The notes: generated from the letters alone by a model not told the origin. Counted from the stretch's first letter, positions 30,853 through 46,039 are shown. The stretch: 64,000 bases of DNA from Octopus sinensis (GCF_006345805.1 NC_043014.1:21328001-21392000); one strand, 5' to 3'. Numbers and translations are program-made.

Positions 30853-30874
30853 AATATGTATATAAATATATATG

Positions 30875-31011
<137 letters not shown>

Positions 31012-31673
31012 TATATATATATATATATCACAATATATATATATACACACACAGATACATGTATCGGTGTGTGTGCGTGTGTGCACGCGTGTGTATGCGT
31101 GAGTGCATGCGTGCGTTCGTGCGTGTGTGTGTTTGGTTAGCCTTGCTTGGATTCGCTAAGCTCTGGTCCTCAATCCATCTCTATTTTCCATGACTTATTC
31201 CTGTAGGTGGCATTTTGTGTCATCTGTAAAACTGTCGACATATTTATTCGCAGGGAGACCAATGCAATTTCGACCGACTTGCAAGACCTAGCGTGCTTGC
31301 GTGCGTGCGTGCGTACGTGCGTGCGTGCGTACGTGCGTGCGAGCGTGTATGCATGTGGTCTAAACAGGGAACTTTCAGACGTATATGAAATACACGAAAA
31401 TTTATTTAAGAAACTTTTCCTATTTCTTTAGTCCTTTCTTTTTAGTTTGAGACAGTAAGGTTCCTATGTCCTTTAATATTTTAAGACTTTATCAGCCTTA
31501 CCATCTTCATTAATAAACTTTCTAATATATGCCCAATGCCTGTTCTCAACTGGTATTTATTTTATCGACTCAGAAAGGATGAAAAGCCTTGGCAAAATTC
31601 GGACTCAGAACACGGACGAAATGCCGCTAAGCATTATGCCCTGTGAGCTAACGATTCTGCCAGCTTGCAGCTT

Positions 31674-31704
<31 letters not shown>

Positions 31705-31798
31705 AAGAAGAAGAAGAAGAAGAAGAAGAAGAAGAAGAAGAAGAAGAAGAAGAAGAAGAAGAAGAAGAAGAAGAAGAAGAAGAAGAAGAAGAAGAAGC
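31674..31798 (+). repeat. (AAG)n microsatellite
   Basis: About 40 perfect AAG units. Confidence 0.95.
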
Positions 31799-31804
31799 GT
31801 TAAG

Positions 31805-32420
31805 ATCCAACTATGTGAAGTGCAGAATAGACAACACTACCGACAGCGACAAATTCAGAATGCGTGGTGAGAGGGGTGAAATGGTATGACACATCGTTAG
31901 CGAGTGCCCGAAATTGGCACAACGCGAATGCAAAAGACGCCATGACAATATGGCAGGAATGATCCATTGGGATCTCTGTAGATATCGCGACCTACAAAAA
32001 GCAAAGACGTGGTATCAGCAAATCCCAGGAGGAGTCACCGAGAATGAGAATTACTAAATCCAGTGGGATGCAATGATCCGGTGCGATCATCTGACCAGAC
32101 ATCGGAAACCGGACATCGTTGTGAATAAATAAGAAAGAACATGTATGATAATTAACATAGCCAGCCCTGGTGGCAACAGGATTAATGTGAAAGAAGAAGA
32201 AAAAACAAACAACTATGACGATTTGAAGTGGGAAATACGAAGGTTTTGGTCAATGAGGAGAGTAGACGTGATACCAATAATAATCGGTGCACTTGAAGCA
32301 TCATCACACAGCCACCGAAATGGCTGAAAAAGATTGTTGCAAGTGTGAAGGTAGACCAACTACAAAAATCAGCATTGCTTGGAACTGCAAGAATTCTTCG
32401 CATGGTTCTTGGAGCATGAC
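31805..32420 (+). mobile_element. R4/Dong LINE 3' fragment (zinc knuckle + REL)
   Basis: HIVSECPKLAQRECKRRHDN, HRKPDIVV, YDDLKWEIRRFW, IPIIIGAL, QKSALLGTARILR. Confidence 0.8.
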
Positions 32421-32589
32421 CAGTAAACAAGTATGCTAGCGTAGGCTCGAATCGTAACAAACTTTCTCACCTCTCCGAGTGTCAAACTATTACACCTGCT
32501 TGTTGTTTATACACCTGTCTTCGTCTTTTGTTTTTCTGTAAATTTCAACTATACATACGTAAATATATACATATATATATATTCCAAAA

Positions 32590-32800
32590 TGTAACTACAC
32601 GTGGACTGTTGGCGATATTTTTCCTTCTACTTCCTTTTCTTTTGGACTTTCTTATGTCTTCTCTTTCCGAAGAAGAGCTTTGCTCGAAACGTAAAACAAT
32701 CTCTCTTTCTTTCCTTCTCTGAGCGTCTTATTAATACTTTGCATGTACCACGTCCGCGCGTTGTTGTTTTTTCTTGTCTCTTTTTCTACGTTTTTTTAAC
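32590..32800 (+). mobile_element. Penelope terminal-repeat (pLTR) fragment with minimal HHR-like motif
   Basis: Similar to the reverse complement of 3485-3615 and 10600-10680; TTT CCGAAGA A GAGC TTT GCTC GAAAC GTA AAA at 32664-32696. Confidence 0.7.
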
Positions 32801-32820
32801 TATTCATATATATATGTATA

Positions 32821-32894
<74 letters not shown>

Positions 32895-33864
32895 ACAGAA
32901 AAGAGGAATTTCGATTATCCCCGCGTGGTGAGTTGTAATGTATATAAGAAATTAAAAAAGGAAAATACGCACACTTACATAGTTTTAATATAATTTTTAC
33001 ATTCTGTGATTTCACTACAGAACCTTACGCAGTTGTTTGTTCATTGAGCAAGAGCGGTGTTTTGTATGGGGCTTATGTGTTTTCTGTTGCATTCAAAGGA
33101 TTTAACCGAATATGCGAGGACAATGTTTCGTATTCCATGTATGTGTGTAAGTGATGGAATTTCTATCGTATATTTGACTACATCTTTTGTTAATCATTCC
33201 CGGAAGTGCCTATTATTATAGAGATTATTTGTTTTCAATCCCCACATTTTTTGTTATTTCTGTTTCCGGATCTTTCCATTTTATGTTGTCCCCCCCCACA
33301 CACACACACCATTTCTTTCAGAGATATATTGTCTTCTAATGGAAGTGATAGATATTTCTTGACCTGATAATTTTTGACAATAATATGTGCAGGATTTAAA
33401 GCGGCGAGTCATACATAAGAAATCCTCACCTAGTATATGCAAAGCAAAAAGATACTGTTAATAATAAATCTAAGCTATGCAAAACCAAAACTGAAGACAT
33501 TATCCGCGTCGTTACCAACAAAGAGAAGCTTCTCTAGAAACTACATTTCCATAATGCATTATGTTGCAGTAAGAACAATCTGAATAAAGTGAGAAAGAAC
33601 AAAAAATTATAAGATAAACTTATTAAAAAGGATTATGCATACATACATACATACATACATAATACGTACATACATACATACATACATACATACATACATA
33701 CATACATACATACATACGTACGTACATACATACATACATACATACATACATACATACATACATACATACATACATACATACATACATACATAGAAGTGTG
33801 GCAGTGTGTTGAGCCCAAATTAATTAAGATGACGCAGGAAATAGCAATAAAAAACCGCAGAAAC

Positions 33865-34140
33865 TTGACTATGGACTGAGCTGTGTGTTGTGTTCTTGAG
33901 CAAGACACTTTATTTCACATTACTCCAGTTCACTCGGCTGTAGAAATGAGCTGGTCACTGGTGCCAAGTTGTATCGGCATTTGCCTTTCTTTTAGATAAC
34001 ATCGGTGGCGTGGAGAGGGGAGGCATGGTATGCATGAGCGATTGCTGGTTTTCCGTAAACAATCTTGCCCTGGCTTGTGCCTCGGAGAGGAACTTTCTAG
34101 GTGCAATCCCATGGTCATTCATGATTGAAGGGGATTTTTA
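33865..34140 (+). mobile_element. SINE family C body (related head at 55790-55950, minus)
   Basis: tgtgttcttgagcaagacactttatttcac...ctccagttcactcggctg is a central-domain-like sequence of invertebrate tRNA-SINEs. Confidence 0.6.
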
Positions 34141-36070
34141 CCTGACTGGACTACCAAAAAGCCTTTGATAGTATACCACATGGACGTATTATTAAGGCAC
34201 CGAAATTAACCAAAGCGCCACCACCACATGTAATTGCCATCCACCACCAAACCAAAAACTGGTACACCTCCTTACTGCTTAGTGGTAACAAGGAAGACAT
34301 CAAATCTGACACTAAACACTATCCAAAAAGGTATACTTCAGAGCGATGACTTGTTAATACTGCTCTTTGTTTTCTCATGAAATATCCTGTTATACCTGAT
34401 CACAAAACAAGGTAGTTATAGGAATAGATCCAGTTACATATTTCCATTTTTAATGCTCTGAAGATGTATTAACTACATCAAAAAGCAACTGGATCTCATA
34501 ACCCGATTTTCTAAAAACAAATGTGTGTTTTTGGTGGTAAAATAGAGGAAACGCCTGCTCTCATCCAAAACACTAAATAGTGATTCCAAATTTTGGCACA
34601 AAGCTAGAAATTTCAGGGGTGGCTGCAAGTCGATAACATCGCACCTCGTGCTCAGATGGTATTTATGTTATTGACCCCGAAAGGCCAAAAATCGACCTCG
34701 GCGGAATTTGAACTCAAAACGTAAAGACGGACGAAATGTCGCAAAGCATTTTACCTGGAGTGCTAATGATTCTGCCAGCTCTCCGCCTTAAAGACACTAA
34801 ATATTCAGGATCTAAAACTACAGCCTTCACGCTCTGGAGGAAGTTACAAGTATCTCATCAATAAGGAATGGGCAAGGAATGACTAACTGAAAAACTTTTA
34901 AAGATATGGTCGTCTGAACTCTCTGTTACAAGCGCCCACAACACTTCTTGCAGTGCCTATCCTCACGCCCGGATTTAGCCTTCTAAACTGGTCACTGCAA
35001 GAGCTCAACGAGACAGACGTACGAACTCGCACGCTGCTCAGTACTACTGAAAACTTCTGTATCAAAGGAGGCATAGACAGGCTATACTTACCACGCAAGA
35101 ATGATAGACGTGGTCTTAAATCGTTACTGTTGTCATATGAAGCACGTATTGTGGTACTGAAGCAACATGTGCTGCAAATGAAAGAGGCCAGTTGCTATCT
35201 TGTTCAAGCTTGAAGGCTTGAAAACAACATCTAATAAACTTGAGAAGAGTGAAATAAGAGATGGTGCAGATCTCTCCACGAGGATCAATGACAAATTCTA
35301 TTTATCAGAGCTACAAAATAAAATGGACCAGTTCACTGAGAAGGTTGTGCATGGCTACTCAGCACGAAAGATGCTTTCCATGGAAAGAATAAAATCATAA
35401 CAAAAGCTTGGCATGGAATACCGACAAGTTTATGATATCCCATTTTGAAGGCTATCGCCATGCAATTCGGGAACTAGAGATTCTCACTAAGTACCTGCAG
35501 CATAAAAGACAGAAAACATTGATGGACAACAAATGTAGGCTGTACAAAACTAAAACTGGGGAATCAACCACGTTATTGCCAACTGTTAGAGAATGTCATC
35601 TAGATATCATCTTCTCATGAGGCATAATGCGATAGCCAGAACAGTCTGGAATAGGATAGCAAAAAAGAAACCAACAAACGAAGTTGACTATACTGAGACC
35701 GATGGCTCAAAAGACTATTGGTGGAATTTAAAAATTAAAACAGCTACCAAATTGAAACAAAACTGCCATATAGTCTTGTGAGGGACCACAGGAAGAAAAT
35801 GTGTCCTGCTGTAGAGATTAGCAAGCCTCGGGACACCAATCTGGTTCCAAAAATACAAGAGAAAGAAGACGTCTATGAACCATTGATAAGGAGTTTGTTT
35901 TATACCTATTATTGCTGGAGCAACAGGATACGTATCAACCCGCCTGGAGTACGATATGGCTGAACTTCGGTTCTTGGGGAGAGAATATAAGTCTTTAGCT
36001 ATTATGCTACAAATAATCAAAATGTCTAAGACATTAAAATTCTGCAAGACTTAAGATTTAAAGAATGATA
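34140..36070 (+). mobile_element. Decayed R4/Dong-like LINE containing a SINE insertion with TSD
   Basis: LDYQKAFDSIPH, IDRLYLPRKNDRRGL, SHFEGYRHAIRELEILTKYL, CRL. The SINE at 34580-34793 is flanked by ACACTAAATA (34570-34579 and 34794-34803). Confidence 0.8.
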
Positions 36071-36599
36071 GCTAAAACAAAATGCTTTCCTTCACAAATT
36101 TGCCACTAAACATGTGACCAGTCATAATTAGCTCTAAATTAAAATGACAAAAAGAAAACACATACACACACGCTTATATACATACATACATACATACGTA
36201 CATACATACATACATACATACATACATACATAACTACTTAACTGATATTGTTTAAATTCCATTGAAAAGGCTTTGTTTTATGGGCGGAGACTGACCTTTT
36301 CTTTATTGGTGAGATATATAAAAACTGAAACTAGAAGAAAATGCACATACACACACACACACGTTCATACACACGCACGCACACACACTTGAACACACGC
36401 TCATACACACGCATACAAACATACACACACATCACGCTTGCACGCACGCGCGCGCGCACACGCACACACAGACACACACACACGCAAGCACACACACACG
36501 CACACATGCAAACGGAAACGCAAACGCAAACACTGGGATCGGTGTATACACTTGCAATTATAACTAAACTTCTTTCTCCGCTGCAGCTGCTGCTGTTTA

Positions 36600-36637
<38 letters not shown>

Positions 36638-37223
36638 TACTACTACTACTATTCCGCATAGTTCTTACTTTAAGCAAGCAATAACAACTACACAGGAATA
36701 CATTTCAGCCACAGAAACCCAGTGGTAAGGAGCAAAAAAAGGTTGACCTCGCTGTCAAAACATTATATTAAGACAGTTAAATCAGCTCGTATTCGAAGAT
36801 GGTGTGGATGAATGATGCAAGAGAGAGAAAAAAATAACATAAAATAAAATAAACGAAAGTAACACTTCAACAAGACAATTTACAGTCCATTATTATCCGG
36901 TTTTCAATATATATTTAAAAGATAACAGCGTTCAAATGAATGTTTTATCTATTCTAGTTTACTTTAATTTTCCACCAGAGGGCAGCAGCATCTGCTGCAA
37001 TGGTGGCTGTGGATTAAGTATTGTGTAGTGTATCGTCTGTTATATCTGAGTAAAATTGATTGTTGCTGAATGTTTGTTGATCTGAACAACATTTTCATTT
37101 TTCTTTTTCAATTTTTCTTTTTCGTTTCATTTTTTATTTTCCTGTGTATATCAGATACCGTTGCTTATTTGAAATGGAAGATGTAGAATCGAAATAACTG
37201 GTATTTTACTTGACTGACTCATA

Positions 37224-37322
<99 letters not shown>

Positions 37323-37325
37323 CTA

Positions 37326-37372
<47 letters not shown>

Positions 37373-37377
37373 AACTA

Positions 37378-37410
<33 letters not shown>

Positions 37411-37518
37411 ATCTCTCTATCTATCTATCTATTTGTCTATCTGTCTTTCTATCTGTTTATTTATCTCACTCACTCTTTCTTTCTTTCTCTCTCTCTTCTC
37501 TCCAACTCACTCTCTCTC

Positions 37519-37565
<47 letters not shown>

Positions 37566-37645
37566 CACGTATATATATACGTGTGTGTATATATATATAT
37601 ATAAATATATATATGTATATATATGTGTATATATATATACATACA

Positions 37646-37681
<36 letters not shown>

Positions 37682-37737
37682 TACATATATACATATTTAT
37701 ATTGTATAGAGGGCATTATTACACATAAATGCCACAC

Positions 37738-39863
37738 GCTAGGAGGGACTTTTAAAGTCATAACTACCAAATATAAACAGATCGTACCGAATGCAATTCT
37801 CAAAGCGAGTCATTTAAAAACAGAATTTAGCTCCATATCACCTGTGATTTCGCAATTAACGCGTTATACGCGTCCCTTGCTCTTCAGTGAAGCGAATCCA
37901 AAATATATCATAAATAAACAAAAACATCATACCAAGTGGACAACCGTCGCCGTCATCGTAGTATATGAAATGTTTACCCATCATACATTTATGTAAATGG
38001 CGGGCTCTTTTGAATTGCATTTCGGGAACAACGTGCTTTTTCGGAACAAATTTTTAAAATAGGATAAAATCTTAATAAGAAATCTTAACAAGAAATTATC
38101 AAGTAGTTTTTCTATGGAAAAAATGTGATTTTCCGTGTATAACATTATAGTCTATTGTAAGAAAAGTAAATACTCTGTTGACAGGGTATGATATACCCAT
38201 TTGAAACGTCCGAAACCAGGTCAAAGTTTTGAAGATTTGTTTGACATTACGAATCAACATGGCAGCTGGCTATCTAAAGAAGTCAAAGACTTTTACAGTA
38301 CACAAATTTAAAGTGGCGGTATAAATGACTACACTGCATCTCGGTTAGCTATGGTTCATCCTTCAAAGCGAACACCTTCCTCGTCAAGAGTGCCAGTTTC
38401 AACTTCACAAGCGTTTCTCCCATATGTTGAAGCAAGTAGAGTAACGTGCCTAAAACATTCTCAACTGTTACACAAATTTTTTGTATGCATTGATGTCACT
38501 AACAACTTCTTGCAGATATATCCTCATCATCAGAAATATCTACTGCTGATTCTGCAGATGAAATGACATTACTAATAGACGAACAAGTTGGCACCTCTAA
38601 ACAACCTCACTCAACTCAGAAAGCAAAGAACTTGCTGCAAAAAAAGAATTTAAGCAGTCATAAAGAAGCCAACGCCTGCAAAGAGCTGAGAGAGAAAGGA
38701 GCACTTCTCTCCACTCCGTCACAGTCAGGAGTGTTCAAAGCTGCTAGGAACTAAAGGAAACTTTAAAAAATTATCAGTGGGTGCTCCCTTTTGATGGAAA
38801 GGTTATGAAGAGTAAAGAAAGACAAGTTGCTGTTGTGAAAAACAACACAAGAGAAATTAGATTAGCAGCACTAACTCTGAAGAATGGCAGAGCAGACACC
38901 ATTTTTCAAGGAATAAATGAAATTTTGGATGATTACGAATTGTGGCCAGCAATCAAAATGATCATCATAGACGCATGTAGTGTAAATACAGGAAAGCATA
39001 CTGGAGTGGTTATTCGACTGCAGAACGAATTTGTAAAGCATGGATACCCTGCACCTCAATACATTGGTTGCCATCATCATGTGTTAGACCGCCTCCTAAA
39101 ACATGTGATGAATGATACACTGAATAGAAAAACTGCATCACCAAATATATCAGATCCGTTCATAGACGATTTCATAAAAAAAACAACTATGAGGATTTGG
39201 TGGCAGAATGGAAACAAGGCGAAGCAAAGCTTCAAATGGATGATAATCCAGGTTGGAGAGATTACCTCAAGTTTTTATTTGAACTTAGTCATGCTTTCCG
39301 ATTTTATCAGCAACAAAGCATTTTCCCAGAAATTAAGTTTAGAAAACTTCCTAGACTTAGCAATGCACGTTCGAATTCACGAACAATCTTGACCATCCTC
39401 ACATACAGGCTTCTACCACAAAGTAGAGAAAAACTCTACGACGTGTATTGTTTTATCAGCAGAAACTCGATGGAAATGTGGTTTTGTGACCAAAGGTTTG
39501 ACAGCATGGCCTACCAGAAACTTTCACAAGCAGTTTCTGGATATACTAAATCAAGCAAAAGGATCAGTAATTCAAGATGTTCAGCTTTCAAACATATGTG
39601 CTGAACGTGCAGTAAAAATAATAGATGAATTAGATTGCAGGTCTTCTGAAAAATTAAATCTGCGAATTGTTTTAACCAACAAGATTCTTTGAAAACTGCT
39701 GTTGTATTAGGCTGCACAACAATGCATAAGAGTACGTCTTATTACTTGAACAATATATGCATGTCTCGTAGAACAAGTGTCGTCAAATATATCGTCATCG
39801 GTGGAGGAGTTTTTTGTGACAAAGAAAGAAATGATTATAGTTCCCATATAGTTCCCCTTCTGG
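37738..39863 (+). mobile_element. hATm-like DNA transposon with frameshifted transposase
   Basis: LPFDGK...ERQVAV, IDACSVNTGKHTGV, IGCHHHVLD, WRDYLKFL, LSNARSNSR, SNICAERAVKII (D/D/CxxH/E pattern). Loose terminal match tagggagggact ... agttccccttctg. Confidence 0.75.
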
Positions 39864-40204
39864 TACTCGACTTGAAAAATGTGCATGTGTGTATACATAT
39901 TCGTGTGTACAGAGATTGAAAGAAGGAAAGATGGAAGGAGGAAGACGTAGGAAAATGCAGTGAAAGAAAATCAAAGACTGGAAGGGTGATGAAGATAAAA
40001 AGATGCAGAAATGCAAAGACGGCTAGAGAGCAAGAGAAAGGAAATATGAAGAGTAGAGAGTGGATGAAGAATTAACGATAACCCTATTATTAGCAGCCAA
40101 GAATTTGACTAATTCAGAAATGCTACAGCTAGGACCTTCAACGGCTTCAGTCTTAGACTCTTAATGTCAACGAATATGTACACCGTTAACTTTCTCTATC
40201 ATTT

Positions 40205-40650
40205 ATCTTTTATTTCTTTCAGTCATTAGACTGAAAGACTGCGGCCATGCTGGGGCACTACCTTGAAGAACTTTCAGTCGAATAAATCGATCCCAGTAGT
40301 TCTTTTTTTTCACCTTCGTACTTATTCTATCGGTTTCTTTTGCCGAACCGCTAAATTGCAGGGACGTAAACAAACCAACCCTACTCGTCAAGCGGTGGTG
40401 GGAGACAAACATACACACACACTCTTACTTTCTCTCTCCCTCTCACGTACGAACACACACACACACACACACAAATACACACACACACACACAAAACAGG
40501 CTTATTTCGATTTCCGTCTATCAAATCCACTCACAAAAATTGGTCGGCCCGAGGCTATATTAAAAAACACTTGTCCAAGATGCCACGCAGTGGGACTGAA
40601 CCCGGAACTATATGGTTGGAAAGCAAGTTTCTCATCATACAGCCATGCTA
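40205..40650 (-). mobile_element. SINE family A copy
   Basis: Same head, body and tail as 10700-11178. Confidence 0.8.
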
Positions 40651-40689
40651 GCGACTATATATAACATTAAATAAATTTATATCAACTTG

Positions 40690-41360
40690 TAAAAAGCCGA
40701 ATGTAAGTCTCATAAGAATTTAAAATTCACCCTCACCTTCGCCTTGATTTCAAAATTTTAATTAATTACCCAAGAAATGGAATCCCTGGCCTATGGTCAA
40801 AGAAATTCTCGTCCAAAAGAATAGTAAAATGATGAGATTCACTTTACTCCAAAGTCTTTAAAAGTGTTCAATACGAAAAGATGTCGTAACACATGGTTTT
40901 ATCCACTCTTGGCTCTAAATGTCAAAAGCCCTGCAGCTAAATATAGTTCTCGTTGATACGCACTTCCTATTGAATCAAAGGTATCTTAAGTTATCCAATC
41001 GCAACAAAATCAAGGTCAGCTACACCTTCACGACCAGCATTAAAAATATCTTATGTAAACAATTAAACAATTTAAGTTCTAAATAAATAAAAAAAAAAGA
41101 TAATATACGTACAAACATTAGCTATTACCACTTAAATATTACTGTTATAGGAAAATAGTAATCTGTTCTACTAAACAACTCAAAAATAATGACGATGACA
41201 ACTACTAAACAAGAGCTAACTAACCAAATGATGACGAAAAGTGATATAGGAATGACTGAAGGAAATTTCAAAAGTCGCCGATACAATCACACTTCTGAAG
41301 CGAAGTAAATAGGAACACTAAGCCTTTTCAGTTATTTGCGGAAAATCAAATGACTACATA
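40690..41360 (+). mobile_element. Highly decayed Penelope-like fragment (thumb region to GIY-YIG)
   Basis: NRNKIKVSYTFTTSIKNI (~41000) and IGMTEGNFKSRRYNHT (~41245). Confidence 0.65.
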
Positions 41361-43180
41361 AAAGCTTCTTTGCTGACTCATGTGGTCTTTCTTTTATAGA
41401 TAGAAAGGCGTTTGTTTAATATGGTTTGGTTGCTACACTGAATACATTGAAGGTTGCTCATTGGCTCGTTATTGTAATTTCAATTTTTCAGTTGACGTTG
41501 CTGCTTAGCCCTGCGCCACATCTGATGCACAAGACCTATAATCAAAGATATTCCATCCATAAACATCAGTCCCATTTCAGATATTCTCCATCTAAGACTT
41601 CAGTATTTAGGACATCCTTTCCGTTTCTTTTTAAAGATAGTAGTGCAATCTCTAGGAGATTTGACTGCTATTTCCAGCAGGACAAGTGAAAACATTGTCA
41701 ATGGTGGTTCTCTCGTTAATGGCGTTGATGTCACTTCTGCTGCTGTAGATGTTTTTGTCGTTGTTGTTGTTGCTGCTGCTACACTTGCTTTTGTTGTTGC
41801 TGTCTCCAAAGACTAATTAGAGTGTTTCAACTGCCATAAATGTCTCAACACACTTCATTTAAACATGACACACTAGGGTGGATGGGATATAGATGCAGTT
41901 TGCTATATTACAGTAATTGTTGTTGTCACAATGATGATGATGATGGTGGTAGTGGTGGTGATGATGGTGGTGGTGGTGGTGGTGACGGCGTCGGCGATAG
42001 TGATGATAGTGACAGGGATCGTTGTGGCAATGGTATTGTTGTTAAAGTGGTAATGGTGGTGTGAGGTGAAGGACTATTGTGGTGACGACATTGTAGCTGT
42101 AGTTGTGATGGTGATGATGATGAGGAGGAGGGGGGATAATGATGGTGATGATGATGATGGTGGTGGTGGTGGTGGTGGTGGTGGTGATGGTGGTGATAGT
42201 GGTGGTGATGATGATGCGGGTCATGATGGTGATGATGATGGTGATGATCAAAATCATCATCATAACCAGCAGCAGCAGCATGACGTTAGTTTTGTTGCGA
42301 TGAGACATTGATACGGTGGTGGTGGTGGTGGTGGTGGTGGTGATGGTGGTGGCGACGGCTGCGGCGGCGGCGGTGGTGGTGGCGGTGGCGGCGGTGGTGG
42401 TGGTGGTGGTTGCGGTGACGGCGGCGGTGGTGGCGGGTTAGTGATGGTGATTGGTGACAGGGAGGAGGATATTTGTATGGGCGGATAATAATAAGTTCTG
42501 GAAATCGTGGGTAGCGATACTATTTTTTGGTGGTGGACGGTGATGGGGATGATGATGATCATGATCATGATGATGTTGAAAGTATATTTAGTGATGTTAG
42601 TAATAGCGATGCTGGTAAAAGCGGACGCGAGCGGGGGTTAATGGTAGCGGTGAGAGTGATGGTAGTAATGATGGTGGTGTCCTTTATAGTTGTAATAACA
42701 ATGATAGTTCAGCTTGTTGTTGTTGTTGTTGTTGTTGTTTTATTTGTTTTTGTTCCTACAAACATTGTTCTTATGTAGCAATTCCGATTGTTGCAGTTGT
42801 TGCTGTTGTTGGGATGTAAATTATTATTTACCGTCGTTGTTGATCTCCCGGTTTATATTATGATTATTGTAGTTGTTGTTGTTGTTATGGGTGCATTTAT
42901 TGGTTTGTTTTGTTTTGTTTTGTTTTTTTACTTTTTGTTGTTGTTGTTGTTGTTGTTGTTGTTGCTATAGCTACCTGAAGCTATTAGAATCATTAAATGC
43001 TAGTCTTTTTATACCTTACATTATTCAAGATTTCATAACAGACAACAACAACCATTAAAATAACAACAAAGACCAACGCACGTACATATCTGTATGTAGA
43101 AATATGTACGTATGTGTTTGTGTGTATGTGTGTGTGCATGGAATAGTGTTCTAACACATCTTTTTGATACAGACATACAC

Positions 43181-43255
<75 letters not shown>

Positions 43256-43310
43256 GTACATATATATATATATAGCACACATGCATATACGATATAAAAT
43301 ATGTATGTAT

Positions 43311-43342
<32 letters not shown>

Positions 43343-43472
43343 ATAATATATATATATATATATATATACTTATATATACATGTACATATATATAGACATA
43401 TCATAATACAATCTGATATATATATATGTATATATATGTGTGTGTGTATGTATATGTATATATATTATATAT

Positions 43473-43524
<52 letters not shown>

Positions 43525-44350
43525 TATATATATGCATATATATATTATATATATTATATATATATATATTATATTATATATATATATATATATAATATAT
43601 ATATTATATATGCATATATATATATATATATATAAACGTGGGAAGAATCTGCAAGTGCAGGTGCGTATGTAACCAGTTATAAATGGCTGGATATATCCAT
43701 ATGAAAGAATACATGTGTGTGTGTCTTTGCACATATGTGTATAATAAGTAGTTACATATTTGTATATACGTATTTATGTGTCTTCTGTGTGCATGCTTAT
43801 ATGCTTGTATGTGTGCGTGTGTGTGTTTGCGTGTGTGATGTACATGTCTTTTCTGTGGTGTGCGTGCGCGTATTGCGTCTAAAATATTTGAGTCCATTTT
43901 TTTCTACTTTGTAGAGAGGGACACACTTTCTAATGTATTTTCAGTAATGATCAGTCAATTATATATACATACATTTCTCTGTGCGTATGTACATATATAC
44001 ATACATATATATATGTGTGTGTGTGTGTGTGTTTGTGTGTGTGTGCCTGTGAGTGTGTGTGTTGTGTGTGTGTGCCTATGTGTGTGTGTGTATACATACA
44101 TACATAAATATGTGTGCGCGTTAGTGTATGTCCGTGTGTGAGCATGTGCTTCTGTGTGTGTTTTATGTGTACATGCTTGTGTGAATGGATGGATGGATGG
44201 ATGGATGGATGGATGGGTGGGTGAATGGATGTGACTGCGAAAATAATATATCTGTCAAAGAGAATGGAATTGAGAGGTAATGCGCATTTAAATATTTAGT
44301 ATATTATATACATACATATCTATCTATCTCTCTTATTAGCTAGCTGTCTA

Positions 44351-44439
<89 letters not shown>

Positions 44440-44562
44440 TAGGCTATATGTATAGATATATATGTAGGTTGTATTATATATATATATAGATATATAGTAG
44501 TGTATAGATATTATATATATATATATTATATATAGATAGATAGATAGATACATATATATATA

Positions 44563-44658
<96 letters not shown>

Positions 44659-45078
44659 TGTATTTATATATATATATTATATATATACACACACACGTAC
44701 AGGCGTATATATAATGACTTCGTCCGTGCAACGTCTGTAAGTGTATTGGAGAATATATGAAAATATTCACAAACGTGCGAGTGCATGTGTGCTTGTTTGT
44801 GAGTGTGAATATGCGTATGTGTGTCTACGTGTGTGTGCGCGTGCGTGTGTGTGTATATGTTTCTATTCTTGTTCATTGTGGCATTGATATATATGTGCGT
44901 GTTCAATATATATCTCATGTTTGTGTGTGTATGTGTGCGTGCGTGTGTGTGTATGCGTGTGTATTGCACGATGACGGAGGCAGTGAGGGGGAAGAGAAGG
45001 AGGAGAGAGAAAAGAGTGTGAGGAGCATTGCGTCGCTGCCTGTAGTTTGATGAAAGACACGCCCGCACGCACGTACGC

Positions 45079-45116
<38 letters not shown>

Positions 45117-45521
45117 AACATACACAAACAAACACAAGCATGCAAAAGCACATACACATTCATACAAAAACAGCAACAACAACAACGGCGGCAGTAGCAG
45201 CAGCAGCAACATTAGAATTGAGACAACACAGGGAGCCATGCAGAAACAACACACTATTACACTATTTCACACAGATCAGCCAATCAGCAGCGATGTATTT
45301 GTAACCAGTTCTTCTCCTCCCACCACCACCTAATCTGTGATTGTTACCCTGTCAGACGCAATGTTCGCCTGTGATTTCACGTGAACGCGCCTGACGACGT
45401 ACGATGGTTGTATGGGTTTATTGTTCGGTTAATGACAGCGGGGGCTGTATTTATACATACATACATAAATATATCTATATGTACATATAAATGCATGCAC
45501 ACACCACACACACACACACAC

Positions 45522-45576
<55 letters not shown>

Positions 45577-45769
45577 CACAGACTTATCTATGCACACTAT
45601 ATAATATGTATGCATAGATACAACTATGTATTAATACATATAAGAACACCTAGAAAGAATAACGCCGGGTGACAGACAATGCAATGTACAAACACGTACA
45701 ACCGTCCACGCATTTTATGTGAGAGTGGATGTGTGGATGTGTGTGTGTGTGTGTGTGTGGTGTGTGTGT

Positions 45770-45825
<56 letters not shown>

Positions 45826-46039
45826 ATATACATACATAGATTCATAAATATATACTCGCACATATACACATGTATATACGGACATACATTTACATATGTA
45901 TACATATATACATAGGTATACGCGTTCATATATGCGTATAGATACAAATGGATTTATATTTATATATAATATATACATATAGATAGATAGACAGAGAGAT
46001 AGATAGGTGCAGATATTTATATAATTTATATACACAAGC

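Noticed and set aside
45345-45375. TACCCTGT miR-10-like seed
   Set aside because: The rest does not match miR-10 and no precursor hairpin is evident
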